NCBI GenBank assembly: GCA_012862495.1
Contig: BLSG01000217.1
Location: forward strand, 23,784-81,197
Reading direction: 5' to 3'
Source: Thraustochytrium aureum
Lineage: Eukaryota
Length of the DNA stretch: 57,414 bases
Below are positions 37,248 to 49,538 of the stretch, in pieces. Position numbers and translations under genes: made by a program. How positions within the stretch are numbered: position 1 is the stretch's first letter; the number at the start of each line of letters is the position of its first letter. Below the pieces are notes generated by a model, which searched no databases, was not told the origin of the DNA, and saw only the letters and a list, made by a program, of their open reading frames with translations.

Positions 37248-40200
37248 AGCGCAAAAGCGCCCATTTCAAAGTCCGTGCAGAGGCAGCTGGATAGCACAAC
37301 GGAAACACAATTGACAAACGATGTCTATGCCGAGGACTCCGAGTGGTGCCCAACGGTAGAGCGCCTTGTGCGAGACGTGCTTGAACGGCCGACCCTTGGA
37401 AAGACCATCACCTACGATGAGGCCCTCACCAGCCTCGCTTTTCGAGTGTTTGACCTCTTCGACCACGACGAAGCCACCGCGCGGCGAGTGCTGCGCTGGA
37501 CCGTTTTCGATCTGCTTGCTCCATTCTACGAGCGCGACCAGCCCGCAGCGCCCCCAACTGCTCTTGGTGCGGGCGCGTCCGCCGGTGTGCGCCCGATTTG
37601 CTCGCTTTGGTCTGACAAAGCGCTCGAGACCGATCTCGTCGACCACGTTGCGCCGGTGCTCGGAATAGACCTCCAAGGGGTCGCAGACACGCGTCGCGCG
37701 TGGGTCGAGTCCCTGTTTGCAAGCTCTACTCTCGACCAAGCGCTCTTAGACGTGGTCTGGGAGGAGGCCTTTTCTCGCGCGGCCGACGAGTCGGGGCACA
37801 GTGCGCGCCGGTTTTTGCTCTGCACCTCGCTGTGCATCCTCGCGCGTTGCAGTGAGCGCGCTCAAGACGACGGGACGCAAGACAGCGCCTTGCCTCGCCC
37901 CGATCCTTGTGCGACGCTCTCGATCGAGGACGTATTCAAGGTGGAGGTAGACTGGGACAGTTGCGGCCTGGATTACGGCGAGGTTGAACGCGCTTGCTGC
38001 GCGCGTCGCAGCGAGCGGGCTTCCCGCAGCGCCTTGTTCCAACACGGTGTTGATGTTGTGCCGCCAGATACCGTGCTTTCGCTGTGCAGCGCAGCGTCCG
38101 GCCGGGTGACCGTCGACAGCGTTGGCGCGGCGCTGACGCGGATAAAGCCCGGGGACGTACTGATCAGCATTGGCGAGCTCAAGGTTAGCAGCGTGGAGCA
38201 AGCGGAATCTGCACTTGCTGGCTTTCGCAGCCGCGGCGAGGCGGCCCTGATCGGGTTTGAGCCGCGGCTGGGACGCATTGGCACGAGCACGGGACCAGGA
38301 GCACCCTTCGAGGTGGGCAGCCGAACGCCCGCGCCGATGCCGTCCTCTCCACCTTCAGTGGCAACCGGGCGTGCAGGCCCGTCTGAGAGCTCCTCTGTCT
38401 TGGCGGCGAGTAGCTGTCATTCAGAGATCGCGCGCGCGTCGAGACCAGGCCAGGTTGGAATGGTCGGCGTCGGCCCGAGCGACGTTGACCAGGAGGACCA
38501 CGAGCGCATGACGCGCGCGCTGTGGCGGCAGTGCGCCCGCGTAGGGGAGGAGAATGTTCTACTAGCTGCACGCGCAGCCTGCCAGGAGGTTCAGGGCCAC
38601 GTATTTGTGACCACGTACAGGGTCATGTTCCGCGCTGCTCACCACGACTCACAGAGCGGCGGCCCTCGTTCCCCCGCGAAAACAAGCCAATTCGCCCGGG
38701 CACGCCCAGCGCCAGTCGTCGACCTGCCTCTTCAGTGCGTTGCCAATATTGCACTTGCGAAATCGTGGGTGCTCCTCTCTGGCAAGGACGTTCGCACTGT
38801 CGCGCTCGCATTTGAGGATGTCCGCCTAGCGCAAAAGGTGGTTTGGCAGCTTCGCGCCTTGGCTCGCCACGACCCGGTAAAGCGCGCCAAGTCGCTAGCC
38901 GCAGTACCTCTCAGTCTCTCCGGGTGGGACGTCTACGATCCGCGGCGCGAGTTTGCTCGGCAAGGCCTCGTGCATTTCCCGCACCTGGCCGTTTTCGAGC
39001 AGGACAAGCACTACTCCCTGTGCCCGACTTACCCGCGCGTCCTGGTGCTCCCTGCGATGAGCACAGAGCACGACCGCGTGGCCTGCGCGCGATTCAGAAG
39101 TCACGGGAGATTGCCGACTGTGACTTGGGTCCATCCCGAGACGCGAGCAGTCCTCGCTAGATGCTCGCAGCCGCTCACGGGGCTGCGAAATGCCACAAGT
39201 GCAGCCGACCAACGCCTTGTGAAGGCTTTGATGCGGCCGCACCACGCGCATGGGGCCTCTTCGGCAGCGGGCGCGGCTGCGAGCGTTGGGCGCGTATCAA
39301 GTAGGCGAACTGGGGCAGGCCTTGGTGGGGACGGATCCGCTGTGAGATCGCGGGGGCAAGGCAAGGGCTCGGATTGGGTTTCTGGGATGTGGAGCAAAGT
39401 GAATAGCTTGATTCAGGACGAGCCGTCGCGCAAAGCTCCAGCCGGCACGGCCAGCGGATCGGACGAGCACGAGGCGTACCTGATCATGGACGCCCGAAGC
39501 CAGATCGCCTCGATGGGCAACCAGGTGCTGGGAAAGGGCACCGAGAACGCTGCCAACTACACGGGATCAAAGCTGGTTTTCCTCAACATTGACAACATCC
39601 ACACGTTGCGCGCGGCGTTCCAGAAGCTGTGCGCGCTTGCAAAGCCAGAGGCTTGCGACGCGCAGGCCGACTTTGGCAAAGCAGTCGCGGACACCGGCTG
39701 GCTAAAGCAAGTGCAGTCGGTCCTGCAGTCCTCCCTGGCGCTTGCTGACGCCCTGCACGAGGAGCGCAGGAGCGTGCTAACGCACTGCTCGGACGGGTGG
39801 GACCGCACCTCGCAAATGTGCTCGCTCGCCATGCTCCTTCTGGACCCGTACTATCGCACAATGGAGGGCTTTGCGGTGCTCATTGAGAAGGAGTGGCTCG
39901 CGTTTGGGCACAAGTTTGCCGAACGCGTCGGAAACGAGCCTCTGACAGAGTCGTCCGCACGGTCCGAGGAGCTTTCCCCCGTTTTCGGTTTGTGGATGGA
40001 CTGCGTGTGGCAGGTCATGCTACAAAACCCACTTGCCTTCGAATTCAACGAGCGGTTTGTCGTGGCGATCCTCGATCACACAACGTCGGGTCGCTTCGGC
40101 ACTTTTCTTGGCATTGCGAGCGCGAGAGGCGGTCCGAGGGCTGCCACGTGCAGACGCCTTCGGTGTGGGACGTACTCCTGAGCGACCCCGCTTTGCGCAA

Positions 40201-40384
40201 CCCCGCCTTTGTCGGCGAGCGGGGTGGGGTGAGCGACCGCCTCGCTGTTTCGACGGCGCCGAAAGCCCTGCGGCTCTGGGAGGCGCTCTACTTTCGATTT
40301 GACGAGAGTTTTAGCGCGAGCACGCCGCACGCGCTCCGCGACACGGTGCCGGGTGGGGCTGGCCCGCTGCCCAAGTTTGTGTGA
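37248..40384 (+). CDS. Myotubularin-related phosphoinositide 3-phosphatase, catalytic motif intact; 5' end in or before the gap; frameshift near 40113
   Basis: GRAM-like GHVFVTTYRVMF, GWDVYDPRREFARQG, LCPTYP, ARFRSHGRLP, ARCSQP, catalytic VLTHCSDGWDRTSQ, DPYYRTMEGF, EKEWLAFGHKF. GTFLG(N)CERER needs one extra A and continues as SVW...NP...LRLWEALYFR to stop 40384. Confidence 0.92.
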
Positions 40385-40441
40385 ACTGCTCAGATGGTCG
40401 AGGATAGGGTCTTTGTTAGCGATGAGCGGTGCTATCTCTAC

Positions 40442-40461
40442 GAGAGAGAGAGAGAGAGAGA
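40442..40461. repeat. (GA)n dinucleotide microsatellite at a gap edge
   Basis: gagagagagagagagagaga. Confidence 0.9.
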
Positions 40462-40728
40462 NNNNNNNNNNNNNNNNNNNNNNNNNNNNNNNNNNNNNNN
40501 NNNNNNNNNNNNNNNNNNNNNNNNNNNNNNNNNNNNNNNNNNNNNNNNNNNNNNNNNNNNNNNNNNNNNNNNNNNNNNNNNNNNNNNNNNNNNNNNNNNN
40601 NNNNNNNNNNNNNNNNNNNNNNNNNNNNNNNNNNNNNNNNNNNNNNNNNNNNNNNNNNNNNNNNNNNNNNNNNNNNNNNNNNNNNNNNNNNNNNNNNNNN
40701 NNNNNNNNNNNNNNNNNNNNNNNNNNNN

Positions 40729-41530
40729 GCTGCAAGCCCGTACGCTTGCGCAGGTATGCGACAATGTCGGCAGACTCGACCATGCACACCCCGGTGTTGG
40801 GATCCACCAGGAGCGGAACCATGACCAAGCCCAGCGACTTGCGGGGCGACGAAACCAGGTGCGCAAAGTCCTTGATGAACGCTTTTCGCTTTGCCTTTGA
40901 ACCGTGCGCCACGGTTTTGAATAAGTATGGCGTTTCCAGTTCGCAAAGCGTCTCGGCAACACGCGCAACGAATGGCGAGCCTTCGAATCCGTACAAAACG
41001 AGCGGCTTGGCGGGGCACTTGGAAGGTGAACTGAACATGCCGCTGGTGGTCCTGAGCGCCGCGGCCAGAAACACAGTCCATTGCAAAAGCGGGCTTGTTG
41101 CGAGCCTGTACGTCAGGGGCTTGGTCGCTTTGTCGCCATAGGTGGCCCACAGATAATTGATGATGTCGTTGGATTCGTACATGACGACGCCGCGGTTTTC
41201 GTCGATAAGCAGCGGGAACGAGGCCTTGCCACCCTTTTCGACGGCTTGGCCACGGAATCGGCTGCCCTCGACGGCGCCATCCTTCTTGAACGTTGTGCGC
41301 GGGCAGGGCTTGATGAGCACGTCCAGGTCAAGCACCGACACCGCTTCGCGCACCTTGCGACAGAAGGGGCACCCTTGGTACTCGTACAAAACGAGCGGCG
41401 TGGCTGGCCGCTGGCACTGCTCAACCCCGCCTGCGCGAAAGTTGCTGGCGCCCAACCGAACCAAAGTCACAAGCGTCAGGAGCAACAGGTCCACGGCGCT
41501 GCGGGCACTTTGGAGCGGAGAAAACGCCAT
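40729..41530 (-). CDS. Tandem GST N-terminal/glutaredoxin-fold domain protein (two-repeat GST_N family); 3' end in the gap
   Basis: Domain 1: PLVLYEYQGCPFCRKVRE...GGKASFPLLIDEN...MYESNDIINYL. Domain 2: PLVLYGFEGSPFVARVAETL...VPLLVDPNTG..MVESADIVAYL. ATG at 41530. Confidence 0.9.
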
Positions 41531-41963
41531 CGGCGAAAAGGGCGCTCGACCGACCCTAGCCGCAGCGGTATCGTGGACCGCGCAGACCGCGGAGGCCGCC
41601 CGTACCTCCCGCGCCTTGACCGCCGCGCCTTTCGCCCAACCGAGGTCGTGCCGCGTCCTCGTGCTCGTGTCCGCCGCGCTGCGTGTCTGTGAGTCTGCCC
41701 ATCCTGCGAGGCGATTCAACACGTTACGATCCGCCCACAAAGGCCACGCTTCGTATTGCGGTGGTCTTCCTTCCAGTCAACCAGGTGGTGAAGACCACCC
41801 TGGGGCCTGATGCCGGAGTGGTTAACGGGATTGGCTGCTAACCAATTGTGCTCTGCACGCGAGAGTTCGAGTCTCTCTCAGGTCGCTTTTTTTGCCTTTT
41901 TCCGGCAACAGTCAGTGAGCAGAACGCGTACACACCGTGATGCCGCGGAAAACCAGGAGCAAC

Positions 41964-41993
41964 GCAGGCAGGCAGGCAGGCAGGCAGGCAGGC
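41964..41993. repeat. (GCAG)n tract
   Basis: gcaggcaggcaggcaggcaggcaggcaggc. Confidence 0.9.
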
Positions 41994-42867
41994 GCGAACG
42001 AGCAGCAGCGATCGAGCATCGGACGCGCATCGAACGCCATGGGCGCGCCCTCGACGCCTGCGCACCAGCCACTCGGCGGCTGCAAGGCGCGAGCGTTTCT
42101 TTTCTTTCTCCGCCGAGTGTTCGGTCGGTGACGCGCGAAATGGCGAGAGGCTGCGTGCCACGCGNNNNNNNNNNNNNNNNNNNNNNNNNNNNNNNNNNNN
42201 NNNNNNNNNNNNNNNNNNNNNNNNNNNNNNNNNNNNNNNNNNNNNNNNNNNNNNNNNNNNNNNNNNNNNNNNNNNNNNNNNNNNNNNNNNNNNNNNNNNN
42301 NNNNNNNNNNNNNNNNNNNNNNNNNNNNNNNNNNNNNNNNNNNNNNNNNNNNNNNNNNNNNNNNNNNNNNNNNNNNNNNNNNNNNNNNNNNNNNNNNNNN
42401 NNNNNNNNNNNNNNNNNNNNNNNNNNNNNNNNNNNNNNNNNNNNNNNNNNNNNNNNNNNNNNNNNNNNNNNNNNNNNNNNNNNNNNNNNNNNNNNNNNNN
42501 NNNNNNNNNNNNNNNNNNNNNNNNNNNNNNNNNNNNNNNNNNNNNNNNNNNNNNNNNNNNNNNNNNNNNNNNNNNNNNNNNNNNNNNNNNNNNNNNNNNN
42601 NNNNNNNNNNNNNNNNNNNNNNNNNNNNNNNNNNNNNNNNNNNNNNNNNNNNNNNNNNNNNNNNNNNNNNNNNNNNNNNNNNNNNNNNNNNNNNNNNNNN
42701 NNNNNNNNNNNNNNNNNNNNNNNNNNNNNNNNNNNNNNNNNNNNNNNNNNNNNNNNNNNNNNNNNNNNNNNNNNNNNNNNNNNNNNNNNNNNNNNNNNNN
42801 NNNNNNNNNNNNNNNNNNNNNNNNNNNNNNNNNNNNNNNNNNNNNNNNNNNNNNNNNNNNNNNNNNN

Positions 42868-43637
42868 CACCGAGTTGAGGTCCGAGCTGAAGAAAGTTCG
42901 AGGATCTCGAGCCCCTTGCGCGCCTCAAACTCTGCGAGCGCCTCCATGCACCTTTCGTCCAGGGCGCCTGGCTGGATCGTGCCCTGCTCCTCCGCTTCCT
43001 TGATGCGAGCCTTGACCTCGGGGGGCGGCTGGCCGTCACCACCGCGGCGCTCGATGTTGCCGAGACGGCGGATGATGCTGCTGAGAAAGCCTTCCGGCTT
43101 TTGGATCGCAGACGAGTCGTGGTCGCGAAACTTTTTCACTGCCTCCATCTGGGAGTGCTCGGTCAGAGTATGCATCGATTCGTTGCACCGTGCGATAAAC
43201 TCCTCCTTGTTCAGGCGCTTGTTATCGAAGAGCTCCTCAAGGCTCGCGCGCACCGCCTCGGGAAGGTCGTCGAACGTCTTGGACTTGGCTCCCGTCTCGA
43301 CGATGCGCCGAATGATTGAGCTCAGGAATGCGCTCGGGTTGCGGATGTCTCCCTTGGCGGCCTCTTCTTCGTATTTTTGGACGGCCTCCAGCTGGTCGGC
43401 CGCCGGGAGGGCCTTGAGCGCATTAAAAACGGCATCGTCCGGGTTGATGTTGAGCTTTTCGAAAACCTCGAGCGCCTCGGCTGCGAGCCCTTCCCCGGTG
43501 CGGCTGCGCTCGGCGGCAGCGTTGTCCTCGCTCTTCTCCCCGCTCCTTCCGTCATCGTTATCATCGCCGCGCCTGCGATCGCCGTCGTCCGGAGAGTTCT
43601 CCTCCCCGGCGTCGCGCTTCTCTTCGCTGTCCTCCAT
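42868..43637 (-). CDS. Protein with three tandem hnRNP Q/R (SYNCRIP) acidic-domain-like repeats; 3' end in the gap
   Basis: Repeats end in DIRNPSAFLSSIIRR and AIQKPEGFLSSIIRR. The third reads LDERCMEALAEF...LEILE/FFSSDLNSV (1-nt frameshift near 42895), resembling hnRNP Q LDERAIEALKEF...FKDSDLSHVQNKSAFL. Confidence 0.72.
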
Positions 43638-43655
43638 CGCGCACGGCCAACGGTT

Positions 43656-43695
43656 TGCCTGCCTGCCTGCCTGCCTGCCGGCCTGCCTGCCTGCC
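43656..43695. repeat. (CCTG/GCAG)n tract
   Basis: tgcctgcctgcctgcctgcctgccggcctgcctgcctgcc, about 20 bp upstream of ATG 43637. Confidence 0.9.
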
Positions 43696-44028
43696 ACCCA
43701 CTATCCGACGGGCGCGCGCGCGCTTGTACGGATCAGCAGCCGGGCGCTCTTGCGCAGTCGTGTACGCGCGCTCCTGACAGCAGGCCTCGCGCTGCGTGGC
43801 TCGACTGCCGTGTGCTCTGCTGCTCGCTCTGGCGCGCTGCGGGTCTGTCTGGCGCGGCCTCCCGTACCCTCCGCTAAAAGGCTCAGGCCCGCTATGTTTT
43901 GCATCCATCTTATCCGCTGGCAATGCCTGGCGTCTCGGGTCCGGAAGGCGTTGCTGCGTCGTCCGCGCCCGTTTGCCTCCTGGCCGGCGTGGACGAGCCG
44001 GCCTGTCTCTGAGGCTCGGCATCGCTGA

Positions 44029-44908
44029 GTGGACGACGTCTGGGCGACCGACCTTGCTGGCGGTCGTTCGAGCGCCGAGCGCATGATCGACGAGCGCCTT
44101 TTCCTTGGCTGTTGGCGTGGCGCCCTCGGGCAAGGCTCGTCGTTTCTGGGTCGTAGAGCGCGCCATAGTCCTCGTGGGCCGGCCTTTTGCGTGCCCCTGC
44201 AAGTTCTTTCTTTGCTGAAGAAAGTGGAAGGAGTTCATGAAAAGTTGACGACAATGACATCAGTCCTGAACACCGAGATTCATCGGTTTGCAGCAGCCGA
44301 TCGAGCTCAGCGAGGACCACAAACAAATGCCAAGCCCGCACGCCCAGCAAACCCAGCAAGCCCACGAAGCCCAGCAGGCCCAGCAAACGCAGCAAGCCCA
44401 GCAAACCCANNNNNNNNNNNNNNNNNNNNNNNNNNNNNNNNNNNNNNNNNNNNNNNNNNNNNNNNNNNNNNNNNNNNNNNNNNNNNNNNNNNNNNNNNNN
44501 NNNNNNNNNNNNNNNNNNNNNNNNNNNNNNNNNNNNNNNNNNNNNNNNNNNNNNNNNNNNNNNNNNNNNNNNNNNNNNNNNNNNNNNNNNNNNNNNAGCA
44601 AGCCCAGCAAGCCCAGCAAGCCCAGCAAGCCCAGCAAGCGCTTCACCTCCCGCAGACGGAGCGGAGTCGAGCACGCCGAGCAAGCCAAGCACGCGAAGCA
44701 AGCACTCGCCCTGCGCGAGTCGTGGTGGACTCGAGAGCGTGTATCGAGGGTGGAGGATCTGGCGCAACAGGGGTTTTACGTGGCTCTGGAAAGAGGGCCC
44801 ATGCAGACGGCAACGAAGCGCAGCACGCCCGCAGCCCCTGCCCGGACGCACTCCCGGCAGGCAGGCAGGCAGGCAGGCCGGGAGGCAGCTGGTAGACTGG
44901 CTGGCTAG
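44029..44908 (+). CDS. Possible hypothetical protein with a (QQA)n tract; boundaries and frame uncertain
   Basis: Coiled-coil-like LLKKVEGVHEKLTTMTSVLNTEI, then in another frame HAQQTQQAHEAQQAQQTQQAQQ, resuming after the gap as QAQQAQQAQQA. Confidence 0.4.
44342..44639 (+). repeat. 9-bp tandem repeat (GCCCAGCAA)n spanning gap 44410-44596
   Basis: gcccagcaa/acccagcaa units on both gap flanks. Confidence 0.9.
44856..44878. repeat. (GCAG)n tract
   Basis: ggcaggcaggcaggcaggcaggc, about 85 bp upstream of ATG 44962. Confidence 0.9.
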
Positions 44909-44961
44909 TGGGAGCTGAGTCAAAGGTGCCTCGCGCCAGTGCTGTGCGGGAGACGGCGAGA

Positions 44962-47900
44962 ATGGCTGTAGTCTCCAGGGCCCTCGTGCTTGCTGGACGC
45001 CAAAGCGGACGCACTGCTCTGAGCCGTCACGTCGCGATGGAGCAAGGGCTTGAGCGACGGTCAGGCGCGCAGGGTCTTTCACTCCTGGGACGAGAGACGG
45101 TCAGGCGGGTGGGCTCTTTGGCAGGGGCTCGGAGTCCACTCGACGCTGGAGCAGCCGCTGCACGGGAAACACGGCTTCGGAGGGGGCACAATGCGTTTCG
45201 CCTTGGGCTGTGTAGGGCAAACAGCGTGGCAAGGCCAGGCGAGGAATCGTCTCGCACGGGAGCAGAGCTGCAGGCAGAACTGCCAAAGAGCGGTCAACGG
45301 CCCTGGCCACATCAAACCAAGCGCAGGCCCCGCTCATACACGCCAGTAATCGGTTCACAAGACTGGGCTGTGCTGGTCAATGACAAGGAGCAAGTATTGG
45401 TGCTCTCCAAGGCAAAGGCGGCAATCTCGAACTCCACAACGTGGCCAGACCTGGCACTTGCGCTGAACGAGATCAAGGGCACCGTGTGGGACCCTCAAGT
45501 TGCTGACTTGTGCGTGAAAGCCTGTCTTCGAATGCCCTGGCACAATCGCGGTGTCCATGGTGGCCCGCCTCTAGAAGGGCTTCAACGAATCTGCGATTTC
45601 ATCCAGGACGTGTTCGTTCAGTCGAGCAGGTGGACCAGAACGGCTCATGAATGCTCCCGGTTGCTTTATGCGTTGCGGAAACTCGAGGACCACGAATGCA
45701 CGCTCAGCTCCGTAACGCAAACGCACATCCGGCGCGTCTCTGGCAATGTTAGCTTGATAGAAAAAACGCGGAGCCCACTCGAGCTGGAGCGCTTGCTCGC
45801 CTCGTACGCAAAGCTAGGTGTAAACCCGAGCTCGACAAACCTCGAAGAAAAGTTCAGCAGCGCGATTCAGGACAGGGTGTCACAGTTCACCGTAGAGGAG
45901 CGCGGCACGAGCTGGCCGAAGGGCAATCACCGGGCCTTGTTCAACGTCATTCGGCTCTGGGAGTTGCTCGCCGAGGGACAGTTTCCAGAGGGCTTTGCCA
46001 AGGCATTCTCAGGCTGGCGAGACGCGCAGTTTGGCGACGTCGCTCTTGCTGTTCGTGTCTCGCAAGTTGCGCGGCGGTCAAGCATTCCTATTTGGGAACT
46101 GGACGGCGCTCGGTCGGCTTGCTCCGGGCTGTTCGCGGAGCAAGTCCTTGCCGATGTTGCTGCCCTTGAGAGGGCCTCTGAGGCTGATTCTCACGGTCCA
46201 AGAGGCAGCGACCGCGCTGAGGCCGACGCCGTGAAGGCCGACGCCGTGGAGGCTTCCAAGGGATGCCCGAGCTTTGAACCCAACCCTGTCGTTGTCATTG
46301 CTCGCGCGATGACGCTGGGCTGGTCGGCGCCGGAGAACCTCCACGTGCCGCTAGCAGACTGCCTGGGCGCCTTTCTCGTTCGGGTCCGCGAGCGCGGGTA
46401 CGAGATTTCTGACTGGCAGGCACAGCAACCAGGCTGGTGCATTTCGGCGGATTGTGTTCCCAAAGCAGCTCTGCTACCCTTGCACAATATGCGAGTGCGG
46501 CTCAACCATGTCTTTGGCGAGAGATTCTGGGCAGCGAGGCAGAGCGAACCGCGCACACTTCCGAGCCTTTACTTGGCTATGTCGGTAGAACTCAGCCTGG
46601 CCCAGTCCGGCGCTTACGGTTCGCTGCCTCTCCTCTCCCAGGTCGCGGGCGAGTTTGAAGACCGGTTTGTTTCCTCCTTGGAGGAGATCCGTCAGACAGA
46701 CGGCCTCCAGGCTCTTCTTCCCGCCTGCGAGCTGTTCGGCGCGCTCTGCCGCGCCGAGCGCAAGCCCGACGAGCGGCTTGCTGCTTTCATCGAGGCGGGC
46801 TTTTTCAAGTCCTGGAGCAGTGCCCCGTGGGAGGTGCTTGTGGCGGTTGCCAAGATTGGCGACAAGGCCAACATGCTCAGTGGCCCGGCCGTGCGCNNNN
46901 NNNNNNNNNNNNNNNNNNNNNNNNNNNNNNNNNNNNNNNNNNNNNNNNNNNNNNNNNNNNNNNNNNNNNNNNNNNNNNNNNNNNNNNNNNNNNNNNNNNN
47001 NNNNNNNNNNNNNNNNNNNNNNNNNNNNNNNNNNNNNNNNNNNNNNNNNNNNNNNNNNNNNNNNNNNNNNNNNNNNNNNNNNNNNNNNNNNNNNNNNNNN
47101 NNNNNNNNNNNNNNNNNNNNNNNNNNNNNNNNNNNNAGGAGCGGACTTTACTCGAGACGTACCAAAGTGCAATTCAGATCGGGGTGTTGACAGAACGTGG
47201 GTTTGACCACCCCGAGCACTCGAACTCTGCGCGAGTGGAGTTTGCCAAGCATCGCATCTTCCGCCTCGTCTCATTGGCCAACCATTTCGCCTACACGGGT
47301 CAAGGAGGCTTCGTTCCCGTTGAGTTTTGCGACGCGCTGCAGGAGCGGCTGATCTACTTGCACCAGAAGCAGGGAGAGGACCCACAGCGCCAGCCTGTCT
47401 TCGAGCTACTGGACATGTCCAAGTTTGTCAGGGAGCTCCCCCGTTGGTGCCCTGGCTTGCCACTTGAGGTTTGGAGCGCGATTGAATCCGGTTTCATCCA
47501 CCAAGTGCGCGAGAGAGCGAATCCTGGGCGGCAGAGCGCCCCCATCGACATGGCCATCGGTTTCAGCCGCGCTGGTTACATCCCCTCAGACGAGTTCTGG
47601 GCCGTCTTTGAGTCTGAGCTTGTGCAGCAAAATGCGCCTACGCCCAACACGAGCAACCACTTGGGAAGCTACGCTACATTCTGCGCTCTCGTTGTGCTTT
47701 CCAAGCGCGGAATGCCGCTTAGCGACGAGCTGTGGGCTGTTTTGCGAGGCTCTGTGCTGGCCAACACGTTTGACAATGTTTCCGCGCAGACTGGTCTTTT
47801 GCGCTCGCTTGGCAACATGTCTCTGTTAGACGAGGAGCTCGTGCGCCATCTGGAGCCGAAACTGCGCAATTCGAGGCCGATTTGGAGCAAGCAGCAGAAG

Positions 47901-48094
47901 CGCCTGATCATCCAAGCGCTCGAGTCTTGCGACGCCGCGCGCGGCCTGGCGCGCGAGTTGCGCACCCCTGTTACTGTGACGAGGAAGAGGATGAGGAGGA
48001 AGATGAGGATGATGAGGAAGATGAAGATGATGAGGATGAGGAGGAGGAGAGGTCTTGGCCGTGGCCGTCGATTGAACAAGTCTTTGGACGGTGA
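44962..48094 (+). CDS. Large hypothetical, probably mitochondrion-targeted alpha-helical protein with an acidic tail; contains a gap and a probable frameshift near 47965
   Basis: Arg/Ala/Ser-rich N-terminus MAVVSRALVLAGRQSGRTALSR. Long Leu/Ala-rich ORFs on both sides of gap 46897-47136 with recurring P(S)DE(F/L)WA segments. The GAG/GAT run reads as poly-D/E in the frame ending at 48094; the alternative stop is 48125. Confidence 0.7.
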
Positions 48095-48795
48095 TGCAGC
48101 GGGCCGGGCCGCGGACAGTAAGTAGTAGCATGCTGTCGAAGATAATAAGCCTCCCTTCTCGTCCTTCCCGCCTGGCCGGCCGCTCAATGGCAGGACCAGA
48201 TTGACAGCTCAGCAAGAAAGACCATCAATCAAAACGATTAATGGCGGCCAGTGCCGGGACATCCCTGCGCGCGACGGAGGCCGCGCGTGCTGGAGAGCCC
48301 CCAGATCAGTCAGTCCCACAGGCACCGGAATGACTCGGACAACCAACCAAGAAGATGGCGGAGAGCCTGAAAAATAATGGCCTTGCGATGCCGACTTGGT
48401 TGAATCGTCTCATTGACGATCGACGATCGATCACCCGCGGATCGAAATAGGTAGGGCGGCTTGATCTTGATCAAGATTGGTTTTGATTTTTTGAAGAATG
48501 CAACAAGTTGTTCTGTGGAGCCCCGACAGGTACGACTAAAACCGGAACGTTCTGTGGACAAAGGATGTGTGAGTGCAAAACGGATGTTTCCAAGAACGAT
48601 GGATGTATCCGTAGATTGGGCGAGTCTGCCAGAGATCAGATCGGGCATCATGGAATGGAGGCAGCGGCAGACACCAACCTCCATCGATTGAGCCGCCATC
48701 GAGCAAGCGCGGGTTACGGCTGCCTGGTGGCATCTCGAGCCGGAGGCACAGAGCCCCTTGACATTGTCGATCGTGCTGCCCAGGGCTGTCGAGCT

Positions 48796-49538
48796 ATGGC
48801 GAACGGCAACGCGGACGAGATGGCGAGCAGCGACGCCACGTTGACGGATGGCGGCAGGCTTAGCGACCGGTTCATCGGCCAGAAGGCCATGCTCGAGGTG
48901 GAGTCGATGGACCGCAAGTACTGCGCTGATCATATCAAGGTGCTCACGCGGCTCTGGATTGTCATGCAGCTGTGCACGCTCGCAGTGGTGATTAGCGGAT
49001 TCGCCGTCGCAGTGACTGGAGGCGACGCGGGATACGGGTAAGTCGGCGGCGCAAGTTCGTGCCGCAGGGAGGCGCGGCGCCGTTTGCAGGCCGGCCGAGT
49101 TTCAGCTGACGGGTCGCTTGTCCTTGTTGGGGGGCCAGGTTTCTCGGGATCTACATCGCAATCCTGTCGATCTTCATGACGGTTGTTGGTGCGATGATCC
49201 TCCGCAAGTACCGCACCCCGGCGCACCACGGCCTCCTAGTTGGGCTCGGGTTTATGATGTCCAACATCATGCTCATCAACGCCGTGTTGGTGGGGACGCG
49301 GCGCAACTGTGCTGCAGGGACCAATGCCGCAGAGATGGCGATGGGCGCCTTCTCGGTGTTCCTGTTTTTCATCTACGGCGTTTTCACAGCTCTCGTTTAC
49401 TTTTGGAAAGAGGATATCGTGGTGCACGACACGGATCTCGACATGGGAGGGATTGAGATGGGCGACGACGAGCTCGAAGGAGTGAGCGGCGCTCGCGGCC
49501 GGCAGGAAGAGGAGCGCGCAGACCTCAAGATGGTGTAG
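48796..49538 (+). CDS. Four-TM membrane protein (213 aa, MARVEL-like topology); exons 48796-49037 and 49139-49538
   Basis: Splicing joins ...GGDAGY-G-FLGIYIAILSIFMTVVGAMIL in frame. Four hydrophobic segments and an acidic tail. Confidence 0.8.
49038..49138 (+). other. Spliceosomal intron (101 nt)
   Basis: Donor GTAAGT, branch-like GCTGAC at 49105, acceptor CAG; removal restores the reading frame. Confidence 0.85.

Noticed and set aside
47970..48125. Arg/Met-rich basic tail RKRMRRKMRMMRK
   Set aside because: More likely the shifted reading of a GAG/GAT poly-acidic run.
48130..48795. Lower-GC stretch as a foreign insert or ncRNA
   Set aside because: No recognisable structure or convincing ORF; consistent with ordinary intergenic/promoter DNA.
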